Source of the DNA: a bacterium
GTDB lineage: Bacteria > UBA8248
Reading direction: 5' to 3'
DNA: 64,000 bases
NCBI GenBank assembly: GCA_965207065.1
Contig: OZ242260.1
Location: 3,194,514-3,258,513, forward strand
The notes beneath the pieces are model-generated. The model was not told the DNA's origin, searched no databases, and worked only from the letters and a program-made list of their open reading frames with translations. The position numbers and the translations under genes are program-made. Within the stretch, counting starts at the first letter, position 1; each line of letters starts with the position of its first letter. This document shows positions 35,744 to 45,933 of the stretch, piece after piece.

Positions 35744-37483
35744 ATGTTGAAATTCTACGGCAAGCTGATATTGCCCCTCGCCCTGATCCTGGCTGGGTGC
35801 GCGCCCCTCGAACCCGAGGTGAAGCCCGCCGCGCCTGCGCCCGTGGTCAAGCTGCGTCCGCTTTCAGACAAAATAAAGGGTACGTCGAAGTCCTATTTTC
35901 ATTTTATCGCCGGGTATCGGGAAGAATTGGCCGGGAACCTCAAAGAAGCGGAAACGTCTTATGTCCAGGCGGACATGTACAATCCGAACTCCTCTTTTCT
36001 GTCGACTCGCCTGGCGTCGCTTCTCGTCCGTCAGGGGGAACTGACCGAGGCCGAAAAATACGCTCTCAAGGCGACGGCGCAGGATGCGAAGAACCTGGAG
36101 GCCCACTTCGTTCTGGGGGGCATATACGCTTCGAGGATGAAACTGGACGAAGCCGTCGCGATTTATAAAAAAGTGCTGAAAATGAGTCCCGATCACCAGC
36201 AAACGCGCCTGCTCCTGGGCAGCGTCTATCTGGATTTGGGCAAATACTCCGAAGCCGCCGAGACGCTGGAAGTCCTCGTCGAGTCGGGAAAAAGGCCCAT
36301 TCTCGGCAGGTATAGTCTCGCGCAGGCCTATGCGGGCTTGAAAAAATACGCCGAGGCGGAGAGAGAAATTTTTACACTGCTGGAGAGACAGCCCAGATTC
36401 ATGCGCGGCAGGCTCCTGCTCGCCAGGCTCTATGAGGCGCAGGAAAAATTCGAAGAAGCGGAAGCAACCTACAAAAAAGCGCAAAAAATCGAACCCGGCA
36501 ACCGAATCATTCGCTCTCGCCTGGGGCAGCTCTACATACGAAAGAAGAATATGAAGCAGGCTCTGGAAGAGTTCAAAGTGCTCCGCTCGGAGGAACCCGA
36601 CAACGTGAGTGTGCACCGCACGCTCGGTTTTTTGAACTTCGATCAAAGAGAATTTCAAGATGCGCTTCGGGAATTTCGATTCGTCCTGGCGAGGAATCCG
36701 AAAGACGAAATGGTGCGCAAGTATGTCGCGAGAATTTATGAAGAACTGAAGCAATATAAGCGCGCCGAGGAGGAACTTCTCGAGTTATTGTCTTTATTGC
36801 CCAAGTCGCTGGATGGGCACATCCAACTCGCCTGGTTGTACATCGACCAGAAAGAGTGGAAAAAGGCGAGCGACATTCTGGATAAGGCCGTAAAGCACCA
36901 TCCCGAGGAAGGACGGTTGCATTATACGCGCGGTTTGGCGCTCTCCAGACAGAAGCAGTTCACCGAAGCCCTGCCCCATCTTCAAAGAGCGGTGACACTG
37001 GAGCCCGACAGAGAGGGTTATTTGTATTCTCTCGCCTCGGCGTTTTACGAGCTAAAGCGTTGGGACGACGTGGAGGCGACGACGAGAAAAATCATTCGTA
37101 TAAACCCGAAGCATGCGAATGCTCTGAACTTGCTGGGCTATATGTTCTCCGAACTTGATAAAAATATCGCTGAAGCGGAAAAACTGCTGGACCGCGCCTT
37201 GGCGATCGAGCCGGAGAACGCCGCTTTTCTCGACAGCATCGGGTGGATCTACTACCGTCAGGGCCGCTTAAACGAAGCACTCGTAAAGGTGCGTCACGCG
37301 GCGACGAAGATGCCCAAGGACGCTGTCGTCCTTGATCACCTGGGCGACATATATTTCGCCTTGGAAGACCTCGGAAATGCGCTTCTCCACTGGAAGCGTG
37401 CCTCCGAGGCGGACCCGAAAAACGAAAAACTGAAAAAAAAGATTCAAAAGTACCTTCAGAAAAAGGATAAGCCCCTCATGTAG
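35744..37483 (+). CDS. TPR-repeat lipoprotein
   Basis: Lipobox LAGC. More than 10 TPR-like repeats. GGAGAGG RBS upstream of the internal ATG. Confidence 0.7.
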   Translation: MLKFYGKLILPLALILAGCAPLEPEVKPAAPAPVVKLRPLSDKIKGTSKSYFHFIAGYREELAGNLKEAETSYVQADMYNPNSSFLSTRLASLLVRQGELTEAEKYALKATAQDAKNLEAHFVLGGIYASRMKLDEAVAIYKKVLKMSPDHQQTRLLLGSVYLDLGKYSEAAETLEVLVESGKRPILGRYSLAQAYAGLKKYAEAEREIFTLLERQPRFMRGRLLLARLYEAQEKFEEAEATYKKAQKIEPGNRIIRSRLGQLYIRKKNMKQALEEFKVLRSEEPDNVSVHRTLGFLNFDQREFQDALREFRFVLARNPKDEMVRKYVARIYEELKQYKRAEEELLELLSLLPKSLDGHIQLAWLYIDQKEWKKASDILDKAVKHHPEEGRLHYTRGLALSRQKQFTEALPHLQRAVTLEPDREGYLYSLASAFYELKRWDDVEATTRKIIRINPKHANALNLLGYMFSELDKNIAEAEKLLDRALAIEPENAAFLDSIGWIYYRQGRLNEALVKVRHAATKMPKDAVVLDHLGDIYFALEDLGNALLHWKRASEADPKNEKLKKKIQKYLQKKDKPLM

Positions 37484-37505
37484 GGACGCCCGATTCCTTG
37501 AACAT

Positions 37506-38408
37506 TTGGCTACGCCCTCTGTTTCCCGCCCGGATTTCTCGACTTCTCTCACATGGGACATTTGGTATTTGATTAGCTTGCGTATTTGTCTGGTATTTTT
37601 TTGCTTCGCGATAGCCGGTTGCGCGCTCCTTAAAACCGGACAAGTGGAGGAAGTCGCACCGCTCGATATGTCACGGGCGGAAATCATGGCCAAGCTGAGG
37701 CAGAGGCGATATCTCCGTGCGTACCGGGGCATGACATTCATGCAGTTGCGCTATCACGGCGATCGCTCGCAGGCGAGACACGAAAACCCCTTGGTTCCAC
37801 AGGGTACGTTTGCCGGTAACGTGGCCCTTGTCCTGAGAAAGCCCGACTCGCTGCGGATGGAGCCGCTCTCTCCGTTCGGCACGCCTTTGGTGGTGGTCGT
37901 CGCGCATGGCGCCTCGTTTCGCGCTTATTCGCCTTCGCGCAACGCCATTTACATGGGCAGGACGGACAGGCGGGGAATCGAGGAGATTCTTGGAATCCCG
38001 CTGAACAGCGGGATTTTCATCAAGCTTTTGCTGGGGGACTGGGCGGCTGTAATGGGAGGCGAGGAAAATCTCGAATTGAAAAAGCCGGGTTCCGTCTATG
38101 TGCTCGAGACGAAGAGGGGAGCCGGAGGAGCGCTTTCGGGTTTTGTCGAACTGGAGCCTCTCGGTCTTCATCCCGTGAAAATGGAACTTCGCACGCAGCG
38201 GGGGGCAGTCGTTGTTCACTATGGCGAGTTTTTGAAAACCGCGAACGTGTGGCGTCCCTCACAGGTGGAGATCCTAGGGCCCGATGGAAAGAACCGGCTC
38301 CACATCTCCTACCCGACGGATGAGGACGTGATGGACACGACGCTTCCGGACGAGTTGTTCCGACTGGAGACTCCCCGGGGCGCCAGGACGCTGTGGCTGG
38401 GAGGATAG
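37506..38408 (+). CDS. lolB: LolB-like outer-membrane lipoprotein; start likely downstream at a TTG near 37569
   Basis: Lipobox IAGC. Position upstream of ispE-prs-rplY-pth as in the classic lolB-ispE-prs cluster. No in-frame ATG near the signal peptide. Confidence 0.45.
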   Translation: MATPSVSRPDFSTSLTWDIWYLISLRICLVFFCFAIAGCALLKTGQVEEVAPLDMSRAEIMAKLRQRRYLRAYRGMTFMQLRYHGDRSQARHENPLVPQGTFAGNVALVLRKPDSLRMEPLSPFGTPLVVVVAHGASFRAYSPSRNAIYMGRTDRRGIEEILGIPLNSGIFIKLLLGDWAAVMGGEENLELKKPGSVYVLETKRGAGGALSGFVELEPLGLHPVKMELRTQRGAVVVHYGEFLKTANVWRPSQVEILGPDGKNRLHISYPTDEDVMDTTLPDELFRLETPRGARTLWLGG

Positions 38409-38416
38409 CCCGTTTC

Positions 38417-39313
38417 ATGAGCGGCAAAGTTGTTTCCGAAACCGTGGCCTTGAGAACGCCTGCGAAAATCAACCTGCGCCTGAGGATCCTGGGACTGCGC
38501 GCCGACGGCTATCACGAACTCATCACGTGGATGCAGCAGGTATCGCTGTATGACGAGGTTCGAATCGAGCCGGGCGGCAAGAGGATTCTTGTTTATACGG
38601 ATAGGGCTGATGTTCCCGGCGGCAGAGAGAACATCGTGCATCGCGCGGCCCGGGCCTTGCGGGAAGCATCGGGACGCGGTGCGCTCGGTGCGCGCATCTA
38701 TCTGAAGAAGAACATCCCCGCGGGTGCAGGCCTGGGCGGGGGGAGCGGCAACGCGGCGGGAGCGCTCTGGGCGCTGAACCGGGCCTGGCGCCTCGGTATG
38801 CGCAAGGCGGAATTGAGCGAAGTAGCCGCGCGCGTCGGCTCGGATGTCCCGTTTTTTCTCGGTGGACCGGCGGCGGTTTGCCGGGGCAGGGGCGAGCGTG
38901 TCGAGACGAAAGAAGCTCTGAGGAGCGGCTGGTTTCTATTGGTCAAGCCCCCCGTGGTATTGTCCACGCACGAAGTCTATGGCTGGTCTCGTGCAAAACT
39001 GGGCCGGGAGGGACGAGATTTCGACGAAACAAAGGGTCTGGTGCGTCTCGGGAAGTATGAATACGGCAATGATTTGCAGAAAATCGTCTTTCCGAAATAT
39101 CCCCGGCTCGAGAGCCTGTGTGAGGAGCTCTTACGCCAAGGCGCCGTTAGGGCCATGATGAGCGGCAGCGGCTCGACGATTTTCGGCTTTTTTCGACGGA
39201 AAGGGGAGGCCGAGCGGGCGGCAATCCGTATCAGGAAGAGTGAAAAGGGGGAGAATTGCGAATGTTTTCTCACGACTCCGCTTCAGGAGACGTGGTATTC
39301 GAAAAAAAACTGA
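38417..39313 (+). CDS. ispE: 4-diphosphocytidyl-2-C-methyl-D-erythritol kinase
   Basis: PAKINLRLRILG, GHMP kinase motif PAGAGLGGGSGNAA. Confidence 0.85.
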   Translation: MSGKVVSETVALRTPAKINLRLRILGLRADGYHELITWMQQVSLYDEVRIEPGGKRILVYTDRADVPGGRENIVHRAARALREASGRGALGARIYLKKNIPAGAGLGGGSGNAAGALWALNRAWRLGMRKAELSEVAARVGSDVPFFLGGPAAVCRGRGERVETKEALRSGWFLLVKPPVVLSTHEVYGWSRAKLGREGRDFDETKGLVRLGKYEYGNDLQKIVFPKYPRLESLCEELLRQGAVRAMMSGSGSTIFGFFRRKGEAERAAIRIRKSEKGENCECFLTTPLQETWYSKKN

Positions 39314-39447
39314 AAAGTTAGGGAAAATTCCTGAAAAAACGGGAAATAGAGAGAATTTCGCCTCTCACCACTTGCCTCCGCCTGGAAAATCAAGTATCAA
39401 AAATCGCTCTTTGTGATTGAATGAACAATACCATGTGAGCAGGAACG

Positions 39448-40392
39448 GTGAATGGACATCAGTTAAAGGTCTTCGGCGGGCGATCGAATCCGGCACTGAA
39501 TCAGAGTATTTTTGATTCTTTGTACATCCGGCCCGGCTCGATAGAAATCATCGATTTCAGTGACGGGGAAACGTTTGTCCGAATAAACGAGAACATCCGG
39601 GGCGCGGACGTGTTCGCCGTACAGAGTCTGTGTTCTCCCGGGAATGCGAACCTGATGGAAATGCTCATCATGCTCGATGCGTTCAGGCGCTCATCGGCCG
39701 AGCGCATCACGGCGGTGATCCCCTATTTCGCGTACGCGCGCCAGGACCGGAAGGTGCAGCCGAGAGTGCCCATTACCGCGAAACTCGTCGCCAACCTTCT
39801 GGCCGCCTCGGGTGCGGACAGGGTCATCGCTATGGATTTGCATGCGGGCCAGATACAGGGGTTTTTCGATATTCCCGTGGACCATCTCTATTCCGCGCCC
39901 ATCATGATAGAGTATTTCAAGAAGAAGGAATTGAAAGATTTGGTGGTCGTCTCGCCCGACGCCGGAGGCGTGGAGAGGGCCCGTGACTACGCGAGGAGGA
40001 TGAACGCGAGTCTCGGCATCATCGATAAGCGGAGGGAGCGGGCGAACCACTCGGAAGTCATGAACATCATCGGCGACGTGAAAGGATGCGACGTTCTGGT
40101 CGTGGATGATCTTTGTGATACGGCGGGCACGATCAGCCAGGGCGCCGATGCGCTCATGGCGGCCGGCGCGCGGCAGGTATACGCTTGCTGCACGCACGCA
40201 GTCTTGTCGGGCCCGGCGGTGGAGAGAATCGAAAAATCGGGCATCGTCGAATTCGTCGTGAGCGATTCGATACCTCTTTCGGATAAAGCGAAAGGCTGCT
40301 CTCGCATTAAAGTCCTGGAGGTGGGGAGGCTTTTGGCCGAGGCGATCCGCCGGATCCACGAGAATGCCTCCGTGAGCAGTTTGTTCGAATAA
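39448..40392 (+). CDS. prs: Ribose-phosphate pyrophosphokinase
   Basis: LKVFGGRSNPAL..., VVSPDAGGVERAR, PRPP-binding DDLCDTAGT. GTG start. Confidence 0.95.
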   Translation: MNGHQLKVFGGRSNPALNQSIFDSLYIRPGSIEIIDFSDGETFVRINENIRGADVFAVQSLCSPGNANLMEMLIMLDAFRRSSAERITAVIPYFAYARQDRKVQPRVPITAKLVANLLAASGADRVIAMDLHAGQIQGFFDIPVDHLYSAPIMIEYFKKKELKDLVVVSPDAGGVERARDYARRMNASLGIIDKRRERANHSEVMNIIGDVKGCDVLVVDDLCDTAGTISQGADALMAAGARQVYACCTHAVLSGPAVERIEKSGIVEFVVSDSIPLSDKAKGCSRIKVLEVGRLLAEAIRRIHENASVSSLFE

Positions 40393-40425
40393 CTATTCTG
40401 CTGGACGGAATATCTGGAGCGAAAA

Positions 40426-41100
40426 ATGGAAAATTTGTCACTCTCGGTGAATAAAAGAGCCCTGAAAGGAAAGAGCGGCGCCCGTGCGGTAAGAAAAGCA
40501 GGCAACATACCGGGCGTCGTGTACGGGATTAAAGATTCCACACCCTTGACCATCAGCCCCAAGGAACTGGAAGCCTTGCTCGGTACGAGGGCCGGCGCCA
40601 ACGTCATCTTCCAACTCAACGTCGAGGGCGAAGCCGCCTCGGACCGCCCCGTTATCGTAAAAGAGCTTCAACGCGACCCGATGAAGGACACGATTGTCCA
40701 TGCGGATTTTCTGGAAATCCGGATGGACGAGAAGATCGAAATCGCCGTGCCTCTATCCTTGTCGGGTGAGTCGCCCGGTGAAAAAATGGGTGGAACAGTC
40801 TCTCAGTTGCTGCGCGAACTGGAGGTATCCTGTTTGCCGAACGCCATCCCGGAGCAGATCGAAGTCGATGTTTCGGAGGTGGAAATTGGCGATGTGATTC
40901 ACGTGCGTGATCTGCTGATTCCCGAAGGCGTTGAGCTGGTGGCCGACCCCGATGATCCCGTCATGACGGTTATGGTTCCGGTCGAAGAAGAGGAAGAAGA
41001 GGTCGAGGATGAATTTGATGTCGAAGGCGAAGGAGAAGATGCGCCGGATGCCGAGGCATCAGATGACGAGGGGGACAAAGCGGCTGAATCTTCCGACTGA
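40426..41100 (+). CDS. rplY: 50S ribosomal protein L25/general stress protein Ctc with acidic C-terminal tail
   Basis: GKSGARAVRKAGNIPGVVYG N-terminus. C-terminal EEEEEEVEDEFDVEGEGEDAPD tail. Confidence 0.85.
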   Translation: MENLSLSVNKRALKGKSGARAVRKAGNIPGVVYGIKDSTPLTISPKELEALLGTRAGANVIFQLNVEGEAASDRPVIVKELQRDPMKDTIVHADFLEIRMDEKIEIAVPLSLSGESPGEKMGGTVSQLLRELEVSCLPNAIPEQIEVDVSEVEIGDVIHVRDLLIPEGVELVADPDDPVMTVMVPVEEEEEEVEDEFDVEGEGEDAPDAEASDDEGDKAAESSD

Positions 41101-41142
41101 TGGTTCGTGCGGGAAGCCGGCAATAGTGAGACTGGGGTGTAA

Positions 41143-41682
41143 ATGGCTGCCGCTGTCTTGATCGTCGGTCTTGGCAACCCCGGTTTAGAGTATGCGCTGA
41201 CGAGGCACAATCTGGGGTTCTGGGCGGTGGATAGAATGGCCCGCGCCCATCGCGTTTCGGTGAATGATTCGAAATACCATTCCGTCCTGGGCAGTGGGTC
41301 GCTCAGGGGGTGGAAATTCATACTCGCGAAGCCTCAGACGTTTATGAATTTAAGTGGCAAAGCCGTGAGGGCGCTCCTTCTCGGAGAAGGGCTGGCGCCT
41401 GAAGATTTACTTGTGATGCACGACGACATGGATATCGAGCTCGGACGTGTGAAGTTCAAGAAATCGGGTGGAGACGCTGGCCATCATGGCATCGGCAGCA
41501 TCATCCACTCATTGGGTACGGACGAGTTTTCCCGTCTGCGCATCGGGGTGGGCAGACCGCCGAGTGGCGTGAACGGTGCGGATTGGTTGTTGGATCCTTT
41601 TCTCGATCATGAATTGGAAGCAGTGGATCCTGCTGTTGATGAGGCGATGCACCGGGCGATTGAGTTCGTTGTTGGCAAATGA
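41143..41682 (+). CDS. pth: Peptidyl-tRNA hydrolase
   Basis: LIVGLGNPGLEYALTRHNLGF, HNGIGS motifs. Confidence 0.9.
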   Translation: MAAAVLIVGLGNPGLEYALTRHNLGFWAVDRMARAHRVSVNDSKYHSVLGSGSLRGWKFILAKPQTFMNLSGKAVRALLLGEGLAPEDLLVMHDDMDIELGRVKFKKSGGDAGHHGIGSIIHSLGTDEFSRLRIGVGRPPSGVNGADWLLDPFLDHELEAVDPAVDEAMHRAIEFVVGK

Positions 41683-41770
41683 CCTTGAATCCGTCTTGCT
41701 CATTGCAAAGTTGAAAGTCCATCTTAATACCTCTCGCTAAACAGCCCGTGAGGAGGAGGAAAGGGAGATA

Positions 41771-43768
41771 ATGGTTGCTTTCTCAAACATGGCCGCAATC
41801 TTCGGGATTGCGGGGTTGGTTCTGGCGGCTGCGATTTACAATTGGGTTTCCAAACAATCAGACGGCAACGATCTGATGCGGAAACTCGCCGGCCAGATAC
41901 ATGAAGGCGCAATGGTGTTTCTGAAGAGGGAATACAAGATTCTCGCGATTTTCGTCGTGGTCGTCTTCGTTCTTCTGAGCGTCGCCATATCCGTGAAAAC
42001 GGGTATCGCCTTCATCGTCGGCGCCATCTGCTCGGTTCTCGCCGGCTTTTTCGGCATGAACTCGGCTACGAAGGCGAACGTGAGAACGGCGGCGGCGGCG
42101 AATTCGGGCGCGGGCCAGGCGGGCGCGCTCTCCATGGCGTTCTTCGGCGGAACCGTGATGGGTCTTTCCGTCGCGAGCCTGGGACTTTTGGGCGTGGGGG
42201 CGTTGTTCTGGTATTTCGACCTGCTCAATAATGCGTCGAACGTGACCATCATCAGCGGTTTCTCGATGGGCGCGAGCTCCATCGCGCTGTTCGCGCGCGT
42301 GGGCGGCGGTATTTTCACCAAGACCGCGGACGTGGGCGCGGACCTCGTCGGCAAGGTGGAGGCGAACATTCCCGAAGACGATCCGAGGAATCCAGCCGTC
42401 ATCGCCGACAACGTGGGCGACTGCGTGGGGGACGTCGCCGGCATGGGCGCCGACTTGTTCGAATCCTACGTTGGCGCCATCATTTCGACGATATTCATCG
42501 GCTCGACCATCGGCACGGCCCTGGGCGCGAACAGCTCGGCGGCGATGGCGCTGCCCCTGCTGCTCGCTATGATGGGCTTGATCGCCTCCTCGATAGGCAT
42601 CGCCTCGATGAAGGTGCTGGCATCGAAAAATCCGGCCCTCGCCCTCAGGAGCGCCACCGGAATCGCGACGGTCATATTCATCATCCTGGCTTTTTTCGTT
42701 ACCGGCTCGCTGGGCCTGAATAACGGCGTGTTCGGCTCGGTTCTCTTCGGCGCGGCCGGCGGCGTCCTCATCGGCTGGCTCACCGAGTATTACACCGGAA
42801 CGGGCGGAAAGCCCGTCGGCGAAATCGTCGCTGCCTCCGAGACCGGAGTGGCGACGAACATCATCAGCGGCTTCGCCGTGGGTCTCGAGAGCGTGTGCGC
42901 TCCCCTGCTCGTATTGGCGGTGATTACCCTCGTCTCGAACGGCTGGGCGGGGCTCTACGGCATCTCCATCGCCGCCGTGGGAATGCTGGCGACGATCGGC
43001 ATCACCATGTCGGTCGATGCGTATGGCCCGATTGCCGATAACGCGGGCGGAATCACGGAAATGAGCGAGTTGGGGCCCGAAACGCGGAAGATCACCGACG
43101 GCCTCGACGCGCTGGGCAACACCACGGCGGCCATCGGCAAGGGATTCGCCATCGGCTCCGCCGCGCTGACGGCGCTCGCCTTTTACGCTGCGTACACGAA
43201 AGCGGCCGATCTTCAGCAGATCAACCTCACCGAAGCGAAGGTGGTGGCCGGCATGTTCATCGGCGGGGCAGTTCCGTTCCTCATTGGTGCGCTGACCATG
43301 AAATCCGTCGGTAAGGCCGCATTCATCATGATTCAGGAGATCAGGCGTCAGTTCCGTGAGATTCCCGGCATCATGGAGGGAACGGCGGACCCCGACAGTG
43401 CGCGCTGTATCGACATCAGCACCCAGGCCGCTCTCAAGGAGATGGTGCTCCCCGGCGTAGTAGCCGTCGTCGCGCCCATTATAGTGGGGTATCTGATGGG
43501 CAAAGAGGCTCTCGGCGGTATGCTCGCCGGCGCCCTGCTCTCGGGTGTTCTCGTCGCCTTGCTGATGGCGAACGCGGGCGGCGCCTGGGATAACGCGAAA
43601 AAAGAGATAGAAGACGGCAAACTCGGCGGCAAGGGCTCCGAGGCCCATAAGGCAGCCGTTGTGGGCGATACGGTGGGAGACCCGATGAAGGACACCTCGG
43701 GCCCTTCGATGAACATTCTGATCAAGTTGATGTCCATCGTATCTCTCGTGTTGGCGCCGCTTTTCTAG
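41771..43768 (+). CDS. hppA: Membrane-bound H+-translocating pyrophosphatase
   Basis: 665 aa, ~16 [21 protein letters not shown] and [21 protein letters not shown] motifs. Confidence 0.9.
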   Translation: MVAFSNMAAIFGIAGLVLAAAIYNWVSKQSDGNDLMRKLAGQIHEGAMVFLKREYKILAIFVVVVFVLLSVAISVKTGIAFIVGAICSVLAGFFGMNSATKANVRTAAAANSGAGQAGALSMAFFGGTVMGLSVASLGLLGVGALFWYFDLLNNASNVTIISGFSMGASSIALFARVGGGIFTKTADVGADLVGKVEANIPEDDPRNPAVIADNVGDCVGDVAGMGADLFESYVGAIISTIFIGSTIGTALGANSSAAMALPLLLAMMGLIASSIGIASMKVLASKNPALALRSATGIATVIFIILAFFVTGSLGLNNGVFGSVLFGAAGGVLIGWLTEYYTGTGGKPVGEIVAASETGVATNIISGFAVGLESVCAPLLVLAVITLVSNGWAGLYGISIAAVGMLATIGITMSVDAYGPIADNAGGITEMSELGPETRKITDGLDALGNTTAAIGKGFAIGSAALTALAFYAAYTKAADLQQINLTEAKVVAGMFIGGAVPFLIGALTMKSVGKAAFIMIQEIRRQFREIPGIMEGTADPDSARCIDISTQAALKEMVLPGVVAVVAPIIVGYLMGKEALGGMLAGALLSGVLVALLMANAGGAWDNAKKEIEDGKLGGKGSEAHKAAVVGDTVGDPMKDTSGPSMNILIKLMSIVSLVLAPLF

Positions 43769-43923
43769 TGAAAGCGGGCGTCTGAAGCAAAGCAAGTATT
43801 TTTACGGCTCCTTGTTGGAGCCGCTATGGCCCGCCGAGGGCATGTATGCTAACCTTCGGCCATTATTGGCTCCTCGCTCCGGTTGGCGAAGGCCGGGGCC
43901 GTTCAGTCCGGGAGGAGGACTAG

Positions 43924-44340
43924 ATGAGACAGTACGAAACGATGGTTTTGTTGTCCCCGGAACTCACCGATGAAACCGTGGACGAGAAGGTTTCCGGTTT
44001 CGAGAAAAAGGTGACCGAAGGGGGCGGAGAAATTCTGAACGTAGAACGATGGGGCAAGAAGCGCCTCGCCTATCCCATCCAACGTCAGCGTCACGGCATC
44101 TATTTCATCGTCACATACCATTCTGAACCGGAAGTGGTGGCGGACATCGAGCGCGATATGCGCATCGATGAAGAGACGTGGCGCTATATGACGGTGCGGA
44201 TGGATGAAGTTCTCCTGAGAAAACTCGAGAAAAACGCAAAAAGCGCGGCCGCCAGAGAAAGAGAGGGCGCTTCGGAGGGCGGTGACGGTGATTCTCCACG
44301 CCGGCCGGCGCCCGCCGCTTCGGACGATTCTAAATCGTAG
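43924..44340 (+). CDS. rpsF: 30S ribosomal protein S6
   Basis: MRQYETMVLLSPEL...; GGAGGAGG RBS. Confidence 0.9.
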   Translation: MRQYETMVLLSPELTDETVDEKVSGFEKKVTEGGGEILNVERWGKKRLAYPIQRQRHGIYFIVTYHSEPEVVADIERDMRIDEETWRYMTVRMDEVLLRKLEKNAKSAAAREREGASEGGDGDSPRRPAPAASDDSKS

Positions 44341-44350
44341 GGGTATCGTT

Positions 44351-44776
44351 ATGGCCCAGATGAATTCCGTTTATCTGCGCGGCAACATGACGCGCGATCC
44401 CGAAAAGCGGTTTCTGCCTTCCGGGAATTCCGTGGTTTCTTTCGGGTTCGCGGTCAATCGGAGGTATCGCAGTGGAGAAGAGTGGAAAGAAGATACCTGC
44501 TTCGTGGATGTAGTCGTCTATGGACGCCAGGGCGATTGGGTGATGGAGCAGACAAGCAAGGGCAGCCCGCTCGTGGTGGAAGGGCGGTTGAGCTTCCGCT
44601 CATGGGAAGCGCAGGATGGCTCGAGGCGCAGCAAGCATGAAGTGGTGGCGAACAATATCCATTTCCTGTCCACCCGGGCCGAAATGTCTGGAGGAGGCGG
44701 TGGGGCGAGGAGCACGGAATCCTACACGCCGCCGCCGCAAGACTCGCCCATGACGGATGATGACATTCCATTTTGA
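44351..44776 (+). CDS. ssb: Single-stranded DNA-binding protein
   Basis: OB-fold. C-terminal acidic tip DDDIPF. Confidence 0.8.
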   Translation: MAQMNSVYLRGNMTRDPEKRFLPSGNSVVSFGFAVNRRYRSGEEWKEDTCFVDVVVYGRQGDWVMEQTSKGSPLVVEGRLSFRSWEAQDGSRRSKHEVVANNIHFLSTRAEMSGGGGGARSTESYTPPPQDSPMTDDDIPF

Positions 44777-44811
44777 TTTCGAAATTGATTGCTCAGTTCT
44801 AGGAGATAGAT

Positions 44812-45081
44812 ATGGCGCTTGTTCCCCGTGGATTTGGCGATAAGAAAAAGAAGAGAAAAAAGCGTTTTCAGCGAAAGAAAATATGCCGCTTTACGGCGGA
44901 TGGTGTGGCGTATATCGACTACAAGGACGTGAAAACGCTTCGTAACATGGTGAGTGAGCGGGGAAAAATCATTCCCCGCCGCGTGACCGGCACCTCCGCC
45001 CGCTTTCAGCGGCAATTGACGACGGCGATTAAGCGCGCCCGCTACATGGCGTTGATGCCCTATACCGTAGACCATTCATAA
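44812..45081 (+). CDS. rpsR: 30S ribosomal protein S18
   Basis: [40 protein letters not shown]. Confidence 0.9.
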   Translation: MALVPRGFGDKKKKRKKRFQRKKICRFTADGVAYIDYKDVKTLRNMVSERGKIIPRRVTGTSARFQRQLTTAIKRARYMALMPYTVDHS

Positions 45082-45098
45082 GTCGGAGATATTGAACG

Positions 45099-45725
45099 AT
45101 GCGCTTGATATTGCGTAAGGACATAGAGAGTCTCGGAGAGGTGGGAGACGTCGTTGAAGTAGCCGACGGCTACGGGCTCAACTACCTTATCCCGAAAGGT
45201 CTGGCGCTTCATGCCACGGCGAGCACGGTGCGCGCGACGCAGCATGAGCAGCGGCTGCGGGAAGCGCAAATCCAGGCGGCGAAACGAAGCGCACAGGATT
45301 ACGCGGGCGAATTCTCGGGCGTCGAACTCGAATTCTCGATGCGTGTGGGTGCAGATGGCAGGCTGTTCGGCTCTGTGACCAACCGGATGATAGAGGACGC
45401 TCTGCAGGAGAAGGGCCTCGATGTGAACCGCAGGAAAATCGTTCTGGATGAGCCGATTAAAATGGTCGGTACTTATGACGTCGACATTCGCCTGCACCAG
45501 GAAGTGAGGGCGTCGGTTCAAGTGAAAGTCATGCCCGATGAAGCGTCCGTGGCGGCTGCGGCCGAGGCGGAAGAAGCCTCTGCAGCCGAGGTGGAAGAAG
45601 CTGCTGAGGCAGCGGATGAGGTTCAGGACGAAGCAGAAGCGTCGGCTGAGGCGACAGAGGCCGTTGTTGCGGATGAGCCGGAGGAAAGCCAGGACGCAGA
45701 AGGTGAGGAAAAGAAAGCCGAATAG
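45099..45725 (+). CDS. rplI: 50S ribosomal protein L9 with long acidic Ala/Glu-rich C-terminal extension
   Basis: MRLILRKDIESLGEVGDVVEVADGYGLNYLIPKGLA; ~55-aa E/A-rich tail. Confidence 0.85.
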   Translation: MRLILRKDIESLGEVGDVVEVADGYGLNYLIPKGLALHATASTVRATQHEQRLREAQIQAAKRSAQDYAGEFSGVELEFSMRVGADGRLFGSVTNRMIEDALQEKGLDVNRRKIVLDEPIKMVGTYDVDIRLHQEVRASVQVKVMPDEASVAAAAEAEEASAAEVEEAAEAADEVQDEAEASAEATEAVVADEPEESQDAEGEEKKAE

Positions 45726-45785
45726 CGTTTCGCATACCCGGTCTTTTCAGTTGTGTAGTGGCAGGACCAAAGATATCATAGAGTT

Positions 45786-45820
45786 GGCAGGGGCTGCCGA
45801 TTTCCGACGCCCCTGTTTTT
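45786..45820 (+). terminator. Candidate intrinsic terminator after rplI
   Basis: AGGGGC-loop-GCCCCT followed by GTTTTTC. Confidence 0.4.
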
Positions 45821-45933
45821 CATCGTATCCCGAATTTACTTTTTCAGATAGTTTGATCTTGGCTGCATCTGATGTAATCTAACGTCCACGCCCGTTCTTT
45901 CCACTGAATCGTCATTGGAGTTTCGAAGTGGAA

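Noticed and set aside
41858-43795. 645-aa ORF on the - strand
   Set aside because: It is antisense to hppA, which has unmistakable H+-PPase motifs.
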